NCBI GenBank assembly: GCA_049689695.1
Contig: JBAVMD010000497.1
Span: forward strand, 1 to 32,376
Length of the DNA stretch: 32,376 nucleotides
Source: Chitinophagaceae bacterium
GTDB taxonomy: Bacteria; Bacteroidota; Bacteroidia; Chitinophagales; Chitinophagaceae
Reading direction: 5' to 3'
This document shows, one piece after another, positions 17,401 to 24,037 of this stretch (position 1 is the stretch's first letter; every line of letters starts with the position of its first letter). A program made the translations under genes and the position numbers. Below the pieces are notes generated by a model that saw nothing but the letters and a program-made list of their open reading frames with translations, was not told where the DNA came from and made no database searches.

Positions 17401-18568
17401 CGGTAAACGCAAGCGACTGCGCATGAAGGCCCGGAAGAGAAAGCGGAATACCGCCTACTCCGTTCATATCATAAGTTTCCACGCCCTTGCCGCGGGTAAC
17501 ATCTTTAAGAATATATACGCTCTGGCCGGGCAGCACCGGGATGCGGGGGTCAATGCCCGAATGCGTTAGCGGAACGGCGGTATTATTGGGATCGTTCGTG
17601 GGCGCTGTTACCAGCGTGGTTTGTATCTGCCTTGTGCCTGAATAACGCGTGGTACCTGTACCAATAACAGTTACTTCAAATGGAAAACCCAGCCATGGAT
17701 ATTTTTCTATCAGTTTTACACCCGTCCCGGCTGAAGAAGTTGTTGCAGACTTTTTGGTGGTTGGGGTTTCAGTTTTGGGCTTATAACGGTCGCCATCCGT
17801 ATGTTTGATAATAGGATTGATAAGAATGATGGCGCCTGTTTGCGCATCAACATAAATATAATTGCGGCTCAGCGGCTCAACGGCATAGATGTCGAACTTC
17901 CAGGCCAGGCGCGCCTGCCCGCCGTGGTAAAGGTCTTTTGCAATTACCAACTCGCCTTTAGGGGTATGTTCATTTTTTAATGCGATGAGTTTTTCCTGCA
18001 GGGCGGGATTACCGGCCGCACTGGCTATGTCCTGGTCAAGTGCTTCCCAGCTATACCTGCGCGCGTTTACAAACCGCAGCGCAGCGTCTTTGGCCTGAAG
18101 CACGGAAAGCACCGGAGAAACGGTAAAATCTTTTGGCAGGTCGTATGATTCAGCGGTGATAGACCGCAGCTTTCCATTTTTACCGGAGGCGGCATAAGCC
18201 GCATGGTCCATGCGAATGCCTTTAAAATATTGCTGGTAGCGCTCTACAACCACTCCCTCTTTCAGCTCCGTGCGGGATATCTGTCGCAGTTCATTACCAT
18301 CTGCAGCGTTGAGCATAAAGTAATACTGTATGAGGCTCCTCGCCTGGCTGGTGAGGTGTGGAGAAGCTTCCACAAAGGAAATAGAAGAAGGTGTTTGCAA
18401 TTCAGCATGAGTAGTGAATTCTTTTACTGATGCATCGGCCGCTAATACAGCTTTTATTTTTTGAATGCGGCCAGACTGCTGTGCATTTACATAGAGAAGA
18501 GAAATAAATAAAACAGAAACGGTAAGGCATAGGCGTAATAGCCTGCTGAAATAGGTAAAGCTCACCAT
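14477..18568 (-). CDS. Multidomain M4 (thermolysin-family) zinc metalloprotease with T9SS C-terminal sorting domain
   Basis: 1363 aa. Signal peptide, then a propeptide-like region, then HEIGH zinc motif with downstream GAMNEALSDIWA (third ligand Glu). A Calx-beta-like segment follows (LRIYDDAMVEGNETIQITATS), then extra beta-sandwich regions. The C-terminus is FPNPAKGNVTISV...YYVELYNDKTKQVKKLVVNR, typical of type A T9SS CTDs. Confidence 0.88.
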   Translation of the reverse strand: MVSFTYFSRLLRLCLTVSVLFISLLYVNAQQSGRIQKIKAVLAADASVKEFTTHAELQTPSSISFVEASPHLTSQARSLIQYYFMLNAADGNELRQISRTELKEGVVVERYQQYFKGIRMDHAAYAASGKNGKLRSITAESYDLPKDFTVSPVLSVLQAKDAALRFVNARRYSWEALDQDIASAAGNPALQEKLIALKNEHTPKGELVIAKDLYHGGQARLAWKFDIYAVEPLSRNYIYVDAQTGAIILINPIIKHTDGDRYKPKTETPTTKKSATTSSAGTGVKLIEKYPWLGFPFEVTVIGTGTTRYSGTRQIQTTLVTAPTNDPNNTAVPLTHSGIDPRIPVLPGQSVYILKDVTRGKGVETYDMNGVGGIPLSLPGLHAQSLAFTDLDNNWKNEGPGSTEDLIRGTPGNVATEGLNDDMAIDAHWGAEMVYDYWKQKHNRLSFDNRNSAIKSYVHYGPAYDNAFWNGTVMTYGDGSGAPIGFKPLTSLDVCGHEIGHGVCSFTSDLVYQGESGAMNEALSDIWAAAVERFVKTTIDPTVGYEYFQVGEQIDPGGVGLRRMDNPKAFSNPDTYGGQYWADPNCTPTLANDQCGVHNNSGVLNKWFYLVVMGPGVTTGSPAYTDDGMSDAVGINPARNYGALGPAGTGEFIGIGFDKAEAITYLMELMLTPNATYAEARTASINAAKTLYGECSQEEKTITDAWYAINVGPGFAPCGAPPLIVAPALTQVRETADGGCDRYMEYNINVNLTASPGSPVTVNFSVSGGTLNAQEYALSAASVNYNSGETGLKNIKLRIYDDAMVEGNETIQITATSTLPAYNNSFTITVTDDDIDPVVGGTITLLSENFESVAEGGLPGGWSGVDKVLPSPVSWKVYSPPLVPLGLNWSTKRAIVEWSTNAGQATYDQLTTAQTILRTPLINAAGLNNIRVKFDYNAGGEPCPPPITAACDYGQLKYSLDGTTFYPFTAEDTVLFLKPTDASADVILPASFNNKQFYLGFVWNNDANAGSSLSVTIDNVLITGEGKKIEGDASSSVSEKMWVEANKPSYFYSTVDGELMAKIVNNSSNLGCVSVSLPEAGNGSVPMGAGKRSKKVFSISPAQNAGSSYTLTLYYKTAELATGFSVAPAALSLLKTNAASFAQVNSSNSVIVTPVFENHSAEGYYSYTYTFTGFSLFALVDNAVALPVTLLNFTAEKKGKVSRLSWSTSREINTSRFVIERSIDGGRYSEIGSVTAAGNSSGNLDYIFNDVTPERGFNYYRLRIENIDGSYNYSPIKVLGFDTKEAFVIFPNPAKGNVTISVGEHVNNARINITDSKGQVVQRGFITQSSATQMDISHLAAGTYYVELYNDKTKQVKKLVVNR

Positions 18569-18774
18569 AGCAGTGTTTTTTTAGTTAATCGAAAGAATAA
18601 ATGTGTAGTAGTCCGTTAGTTTGGTTCTCAAGGAGGGATAATGAACATATATTAAAAATTTTATGCCTGAGGCCCCGGCGGGGTGGTTGCAATGGCGGTA
18701 GGTCAACACCACAAAAGCTACGGCTATAACGTAAGATAAACGAAGGATGAACGAAGGATATAGCCAGCTACTCT

Positions 18775-18810
18775 CCAAAAACAAAAAGGCTGCCTTTAAG
18801 GGCAGCCTTT
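18775..18810 (-). terminator. Rho-independent terminator of typA
   Basis: 10-bp stem AAAGGCTGCC (18785-18794) pairs with GGCAGCCTTT (18801-18810) around a 6-nt loop. On the minus strand it is followed by UUGUUUUUGG. It lies 20 nt past the typA stop codon. Confidence 0.85.
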
Positions 18811-18829
18811 GAAATAAGTAAAGTTTATA

Positions 18830-20638
18830 TTAAACCTCTGCGGTCATACGCTTTTGCACTTTCTTTCGCTCTTCCTCATCCAATATTACCTTTCTCAGGC
18901 GGATATTCTTAGGCGTTACTTCTATGCATTCGTCCTGCTGTATATATTCCATGCATTCTTCCAGCGTCATCTGTATTTTGGGAACAATGCGTACGGAATC
19001 ATCACTGCCGCTTGCGCGCATGTTGGTAAGCTTCTTTCCTTCTGTGGCATTCACTATCAGGTCTCCCGGCTTAATATGCTCGGCAATGATCTGCCCAACA
19101 TATACTTCCTCGCCCGGATCAACAAAAAATGAACCCCTGTCCTGCAGTTTATCAATAGAATAAGCTGTAGTCCTGTCCTGGTTCTTGGTGATCAGCACAC
19201 CGTTATTACGGCCGGGAATAGCGCCTTTCCAGGGTTTGTATTCAGAGAAACGATGGGCCATTACTGCTTCACCCGCTGTATTGGTAAGCATTTGTGAGCG
19301 CAATCCTATCAAACCTCTCGAAGGAATGTCAAACTCAAGGTGCTGCATATCGCCTTTGCTTTCCATTACAAGCATTTCGCCTTTGCGCTGGGTAACCATA
19401 TCAATCACTTTACCGCTGAATTCTGCGGGAACATCCACCACCAATACCTCAAAAGGCTCGTGCTTTTTGCCGTTGATCTCTTTTACAATAACCTGTGGCT
19501 GTCCTATGGTAAGCTCATAACCTTCGCGGCGCATGGTCTCTATCAGGATGCCCAGGTGAAGAATACCACGTCCAAATACCAGGAAGCTGTCTGCACCATC
19601 GGTATCTTCAACGCGCAAGGCCAGGTTCTTTTCAGTTTCTTTCATGAGACGGTCGCGCAGGTGACGGGAAGTCACAAACTTTCCATCTCTTCCAAAGAAA
19701 GGTGAGTTATTGATGCTGAACAGCATGCTCATGGTAGGCTCATCAACGCTTATAACCGGTAATGCCTCAGGATTTTCCGCATCGGCAATAGTATCGCCAA
19801 TGTTGAAATCTTCCAATCCCACTACTGCGCAGATATCGCCTGCAATAACCTCGGTAACCTTCTTTTTTCCGAGCGACTCAAATATATAGAGCTCTTTTAC
19901 TCTTGATCTTTTAATGCTGCCATCTACCTGCATCAACGCTATGGGTTGTCCTTCGCGAATGATTCCGCGGGTAACTTTTCCAATAGCGATCCTTCCAAGG
20001 AAAGATGAATAATCCAGTGAAGTGATCTGCATTTGCAGCGGACCTTCGTTCACTTTTGGAGCAGGCACATATTTGAGGATGCCGTCAAGCAAAGGTGTAA
20101 TGTCTGCGCTTTGGGTAAGCGAATCATTGAACCAGCCGTTCTTACCGGAACCATAGTAGGTTGGGAAATCAAGCTGCGCCTCTGTGGCATCGAGGTTGAA
20201 GAAAAGCTCGAACACGGCTTCATGAACTTCATCAGGACGGCAATTGGGCTTATCAACTTTGTTGATCACCACCATAGGATTAAGGTTCAGCTGAAGCGCC
20301 TTCTGCAACACAAAACGCGTTTGCGGCATAGGGCCTTCAAAAGCATCTACCAGCAGCAATACGCCATCTGCCATTTTAAGCACGCGCTCTACCTCACCGC
20401 CAAAATCAGAGTGACCCGGAGTATCTATCACATTGATCTTAACATCTTTGTATAGAACAGCGGCGTTCTTGCTGAAAATGGTAATACCTCTTTCACGCTC
20501 GAGGTCGTTACTGTCCATGATAAGCTCACCGGTTTCCTGGTTATCCCTGAAAACTTTAGTGGCGTGTAATATCTTATCAACCAGGGTAGTTTTACCGTGG
20601 TCAACGTGGGCTATAATAGCTATATTCCTGATTTCCAT
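18830..20638 (-). CDS. typA: Translational GTPase TypA/BipA
   Basis: 602 aa. [16 protein letters not shown]1 motif, DTPGH, NKVD, and EF-G-like domain order. Confidence 0.95.
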   Translation of the reverse strand: MEIRNIAIIAHVDHGKTTLVDKILHATKVFRDNQETGELIMDSNDLERERGITIFSKNAAVLYKDVKINVIDTPGHSDFGGEVERVLKMADGVLLLVDAFEGPMPQTRFVLQKALQLNLNPMVVINKVDKPNCRPDEVHEAVFELFFNLDATEAQLDFPTYYGSGKNGWFNDSLTQSADITPLLDGILKYVPAPKVNEGPLQMQITSLDYSSFLGRIAIGKVTRGIIREGQPIALMQVDGSIKRSRVKELYIFESLGKKKVTEVIAGDICAVVGLEDFNIGDTIADAENPEALPVISVDEPTMSMLFSINNSPFFGRDGKFVTSRHLRDRLMKETEKNLALRVEDTDGADSFLVFGRGILHLGILIETMRREGYELTIGQPQVIVKEINGKKHEPFEVLVVDVPAEFSGKVIDMVTQRKGEMLVMESKGDMQHLEFDIPSRGLIGLRSQMLTNTAGEAVMAHRFSEYKPWKGAIPGRNNGVLITKNQDRTTAYSIDKLQDRGSFFVDPGEEVYVGQIIAEHIKPGDLIVNATEGKKLTNMRASGSDDSVRIVPKIQMTLEECMEYIQQDECIEVTPKNIRLRKVILDEEERKKVQKRMTAEV

Positions 20639-20678
20639 AATTAAATTTGAGAAGAGGCTTATTGTTTATCGGTTAATG

Positions 20679-20742
20679 GTTTATTGGTCAACAACATCAG
20701 CAACCAAACAACTAAACCAATAAACGAATAAACCAGTAAACC
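20679..20742. repeat. AATAAAC-word element in the typA/hydrolase divergent spacer
   Basis: GTTTATTGGT (20679-88) pairs perfectly with ACCAATAAAC (20716-25). AATAAACCAGTAAAC (20727-41) is identical to cores at 4569-4583 and 21980-21994. Unlike the other elements, this one is not at a gene 3' end. Confidence 0.75.
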
Positions 20743-20957
20743 AAAAGGAGCGCGAAGGTAACACAATTAAGGCGGAGGGCAAAGGAGTAGAGCTAAACTT
20801 AATAGGATATTCACGTTTATTTTGCTATAAGTTCTTCCTTGCGAACCATCAGCAGAAATACCCTTAACAAGTTGCTAACCAATGGACATTCCTCATCTTA
20901 CAAACTTCTTGCGGCAAATTGATGCTTTATTTTAACTTGTAGCGCAGTAATTGCTAT

Positions 20958-21992
20958 ATGAGAAAAGGAGCTGCCATTTCGATTATCGTTATATGCCTGT
21001 TGCTGGTTGTATACATGGCAGGGCCTTCGCCTTCCTCGCCGGCATATACGGATGCAACACAGCCTGATTCTTTGCCGGCTCAAACCCGCATGGGCGCTGA
21101 ATTGGAAGCAGCCATCCGTGCTAAAGAAACGCAACACAAGCTTAAGCCTGATAACGAAGCCCGGATCGTCTGGGCCGATGATTCGTTGAAAAATCAAACT
21201 GAATACGCCATTGTTTACCTGCATGGCTTCAGCGCCAGCCAGGAAGAGGGCGATCCCGTACATACCAACATCGCAAAGAAGTTCGGATATAATTTATACT
21301 TATCCAGGCTTGCCGAGCATGGCATCGACACAACGGAAGATCTCATCAATCTTACACCCGACAGCTACTGGAACTCTGCCAAAGAAGCTTTACAAATCGG
21401 AAGACAGTTAGGCAAAAAAGTGATCCTGATGGGCACTTCAACAGGTGGATCTTTGGCAATCATGCTGGCCGCTGCTTTTCCAGACAAAATTGAATCGCTG
21501 ATACTGCTATCGCCAAACATTGCTATCAGGGACGGCGCGGCCCGGCTGCTCAACAATCCCTGGGGTTTGCAGATCGCACGCATGGTAAAAGGCTCCAGGT
21601 ATGTTGACTCAAAAGACCAGCGCCCCATTTATAAGCAATACTGGAACTCACATTACAGGCTGGAAGGCGCTGTGGCACTGGAAGAGTTGTTGGAGACTTC
21701 CATGATCGTAAAAAATTTCAGTAAAGTGAAGCAGCCCACATTGATGTTGTATTATTACAAAGATGATGAGCACCAGGATGCTGTGGTAAGCGTCGAGGCC
21801 ATGAAAAAAATGTTTGAAAGGTTAGGCACGCCGGCAGAACAAAAACGTGCGGTAGTGATGCCCAATACAGGAGACCATGTAATTGGCTCTTACATAAAAT
21901 CAAAAGATATTGAAGGCGTTGAACGCGAGATCGAACTGTTTCTGAAAGAAGTGGTTCATCTTGAACCCACCAATAAACCAATAAACCAGTAA
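20958..21992 (+). CDS. Alpha/beta-fold hydrolase (lipase/esterase-like) with N-terminal membrane anchor or signal
   Basis: 344 aa. Hydrophobic N-terminus, HG oxyanion-type YLHGFSAS, nucleophile elbow GTSTGGS, and late GDHV. The last 9 codons (EPTNKPINQ) are read from an AATAAAC-word repeat. Confidence 0.82.
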   Translation: MRKGAAISIIVICLLLVVYMAGPSPSSPAYTDATQPDSLPAQTRMGAELEAAIRAKETQHKLKPDNEARIVWADDSLKNQTEYAIVYLHGFSASQEEGDPVHTNIAKKFGYNLYLSRLAEHGIDTTEDLINLTPDSYWNSAKEALQIGRQLGKKVILMGTSTGGSLAIMLAAAFPDKIESLILLSPNIAIRDGAARLLNNPWGLQIARMVKGSRYVDSKDQRPIYKQYWNSHYRLEGAVALEELLETSMIVKNFSKVKQPTLMLYYYKDDEHQDAVVSVEAMKKMFERLGTPAEQKRAVVMPNTGDHVIGSYIKSKDIEGVEREIELFLKEVVHLEPTNKPINQ

Positions 21993-21995
21993 ACC
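21968..21995 (+). repeat. Half-copy of the AATAAAC-word element, lying in the last codons of the hydrolase CDS and the 6-nt gap before fabH
   Basis: CCAATAAACCAGTAAAC at 21978-21994 is identical (17/17) to 4567-4583. I found no complementary arm nearby. Confidence 0.75.
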
Positions 21996-21998
21996 AAC

Positions 21999-23048
21999 AT
22001 GTTCAAATCCAAAATAGCCGGCATCGGCATGTATGTTCCTGAAGAGGTGGTATCCAATAATGATCTTACCAAAGTGATGGAAACATCCGACGAATGGATA
22101 CAGGAACGCACGGGTATTAAAGAGCGCCGCTATGCGAAGCGGTTTGAAGAGACCACTGCAACAATGGGTGCCGAAGCGGCAAAGATGGCCATAGAGCGTG
22201 CAGGCATCACACCCGCCGATATTGATTTCATTGTTTTCGCCACGCTTAGCCCCGACTATTATTTTCCCGGCTGCGGTGTGCTGGTGCAACGTGCATTGCA
22301 CATGAAAGAGATTGGCGCATTGGACGTTCGAAACCAGTGCAGCGGCTTTATTTATGGCCTTAGTGTGGCAGACCAGTTCATTAAAACAGGGATGTATAAA
22401 AACATCCTGCTCATAGGCGCCGACCTGCATTCGTTCGGGCTTGACTTCACCACCCGCGGACGTAATGTAAGCGTGATCTTTGGCGATGGCGCCGGCGCCG
22501 TGGTATTACAGCCTACAGAAGAAGAAAACCGCGGCGTGCTTAGCACGCATCTGCATAGTGATGGCAATGACGCAGAAGTGCTTTCTATGATAAACCCGGG
22601 CTTTCATGCGGGAAAGTACAGCCCTGAAAAAAGACCTGCTACGCCTGATCAGCCTTACGGCGGACTTTTCATTACAAAAGATGTTATTGAGAATGATGAC
22701 CTCTATCCGCAGATGGATGGCCCGGCTGTATTTAAAAAAGCGGTGGTTAAATTTCCTGAGGTGATTATGGAGGCGCTGAATAAAAATCAGCTCGAGCCAA
22801 AAGATATTTCATTGCTGATACCGCACCAGGCCAACCTGCGCATCAGCCAGTTTGTTCAGCAGAAATTAAAACTGCGCGACGACCAGGTGTACAACAACAT
22901 TCAAAAATTTGGCAATACCACAGCGGCGTCTATTCCCATTGCCTTATGCGAAGCGTGGCAGAACGGAAGAGTGAAAGAAGGCGACCTGGTTTGCCTGGCT
23001 GCGTTTGGAAGTGGGTTTACCTGGGGCAGCGCACTGTTGCGCTGGTAA
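21999..23048 (+). CDS. fabH: Beta-ketoacyl-ACP synthase III
   Basis: 349 aa. Catalytic triad context NQCSGF (Cys), PHQANLRI (His) and GNTTAASIP (Asn), with C-terminal GSGFTWGSALLRW. It carries an insertion of about 30 aa relative to E. coli FabH before the MDGPAVFK segment. Confidence 0.9.
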   Translation: MFKSKIAGIGMYVPEEVVSNNDLTKVMETSDEWIQERTGIKERRYAKRFEETTATMGAEAAKMAIERAGITPADIDFIVFATLSPDYYFPGCGVLVQRALHMKEIGALDVRNQCSGFIYGLSVADQFIKTGMYKNILLIGADLHSFGLDFTTRGRNVSVIFGDGAGAVVLQPTEEENRGVLSTHLHSDGNDAEVLSMINPGFHAGKYSPEKRPATPDQPYGGLFITKDVIENDDLYPQMDGPAVFKKAVVKFPEVIMEALNKNQLEPKDISLLIPHQANLRISQFVQQKLKLRDDQVYNNIQKFGNTTAASIPIALCEAWQNGRVKEGDLVCLAAFGSGFTWGSALLRW

Positions 23049-23128
23049 TTAGCAAATTGCTCAATAGCTCAATGTGCAAATGGGGCTTCAGGCATTGAGT
23101 AATTGAGCAATTTTCATATTTGCACATT
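23047..23128. repeat. Dispersed palindromic repeat, copy B (GCTCAAT/ATTGAGC words)
   Basis: Matches copy A (7194-7286) at both ends. Internal hairpin: 23055-23074 pairs with 23093-23112. It begins inside the fabH stop codon (23046-48). Its right end carries CATATTTG (23115-22), a 5/6 match to the -7 box, with 18 nt between it and the kinase ATG. Confidence 0.85.
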
Positions 23129-23140
23129 TACTTTGCTACA

Positions 23141-24037
23141 ATGCAGCGAAAGATCATCTACCTCATCAATCCTATTTCCGGGACCAAAGAAAAACAATCC
23201 CTGATCGATCTTATCAGCCAGAAGACCAATGTGCAGCAATTGCCTTTTGAAATACTGCCAACAGTTGCAAGCGGTGATTATACTTTTCTTCAGCAAAAGA
23301 TCACGGAAGAAGAAATTTCAGATGTTGTTATTTGCGGAGGCGATGGTTCAGTAAGCCAGGTGGTGCATTCGCTGGCAACCATGAAGATCAACTTCGGAAT
23401 TATTCCCATGGGATCGGGCAACGGCCTTGCACTGGCCGCGCGTATTCCCAAACCTCCGGCAAAAGCACTGGATGTGATCTTTAACGGTCACACAAAAAAG
23501 ACGGATGCATTTATGGTGAATGATCAATTCGCCTGCATGCTTTGTGGTCTTGGCTTTGATGCAGCCGTAGCGCACGAGTTTGCGCTGCAGCCAAAGCGCG
23601 GACTGAAAACTTATGCAGGACTCACCACAAAACAATTCTTCTCTGCAAAACCATACCCTTTCACCGTTTCAGCCAATAACCTCAGTTTTGAAAGCGATGC
23701 TTATTTCATCAGCATCGCCAATGCCAACCAGTTCGGGAATAATTTTACCATTGCGCCGCAGGCCAAGCTGGCTGACGGATTGCTGGACGTAGTGATCGTG
23801 AAAAAAACAATGAAGCCCATGTTGCTCTGGAATGTAATGCAACAAGTGCTTGCAGGCAAAACAAAAAAGATCGAAAACTCCATGGAGCTGCCGGTGATCT
23901 ATTTTCAAACAGATCGCTTATATGTAAACAATCCTGATATGGCGCCGATTCATATAGATGGCGAGCCGAGAGAATCCATTGCAGAGCTGAACATTCATAT
24001 ACTGCCTGACCACTTTGATCTTATTCAGCCTTTGTAA
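23141..24037 (+). CDS. Diacylglycerol-kinase-family lipid kinase (YegS/BmrU-like)
   Basis: The first ATG is at 23141 (MQRKIIYLINPISG); the ORF-track start at 23120 is a TTG inside the repeat. DAGK catalytic motif VICGGDGSVSQVV and a later GSGNG. Confidence 0.85.
   Translation: MQRKIIYLINPISGTKEKQSLIDLISQKTNVQQLPFEILPTVASGDYTFLQQKITEEEISDVVICGGDGSVSQVVHSLATMKINFGIIPMGSGNGLALAARIPKPPAKALDVIFNGHTKKTDAFMVNDQFACMLCGLGFDAAVAHEFALQPKRGLKTYAGLTTKQFFSAKPYPFTVSANNLSFESDAYFISIANANQFGNNFTIAPQAKLADGLLDVVIVKKTMKPMLLWNVMQQVLAGKTKKIENSMELPVIYFQTDRLYVNNPDMAPIHIDGEPRESIAELNIHILPDHFDLIQPL

Noticed and set aside
17066-17569. 167-aa plus-strand ORF (and several 60-100-aa ORFs) inside the M4 protease gene
   Set aside because: These are antisense to a 1363-aa ORF with clear protease motifs. 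Their composition is Arg/Ala-rich and typical of shadow frames. The same reasoning applies to 4219-4581, 4723-5157, 20033-20455 and 19340-19705.
18581-18784. 67-aa minus-strand ORF between typA and the M4 protease
   Set aside because: It begins inside the typA terminator region and covers the protease promoter/leader. It has no supporting features.
20882-20935. 17-codon ORF (MDIPHLTNFLRQIDALF) ending 22 nt before the hydrolase ATG, a possible leader peptide
   Set aside because: It is too short to evaluate, has no attenuator-like alternative hairpins around it, and its codon content does not suggest amino-acid sensing.
21900-22430. 176-aa minus-strand ORF antisense to fabH
   Set aside because: fabH on the plus strand has all catalytic motifs. 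The antisense product has no recognisable features.
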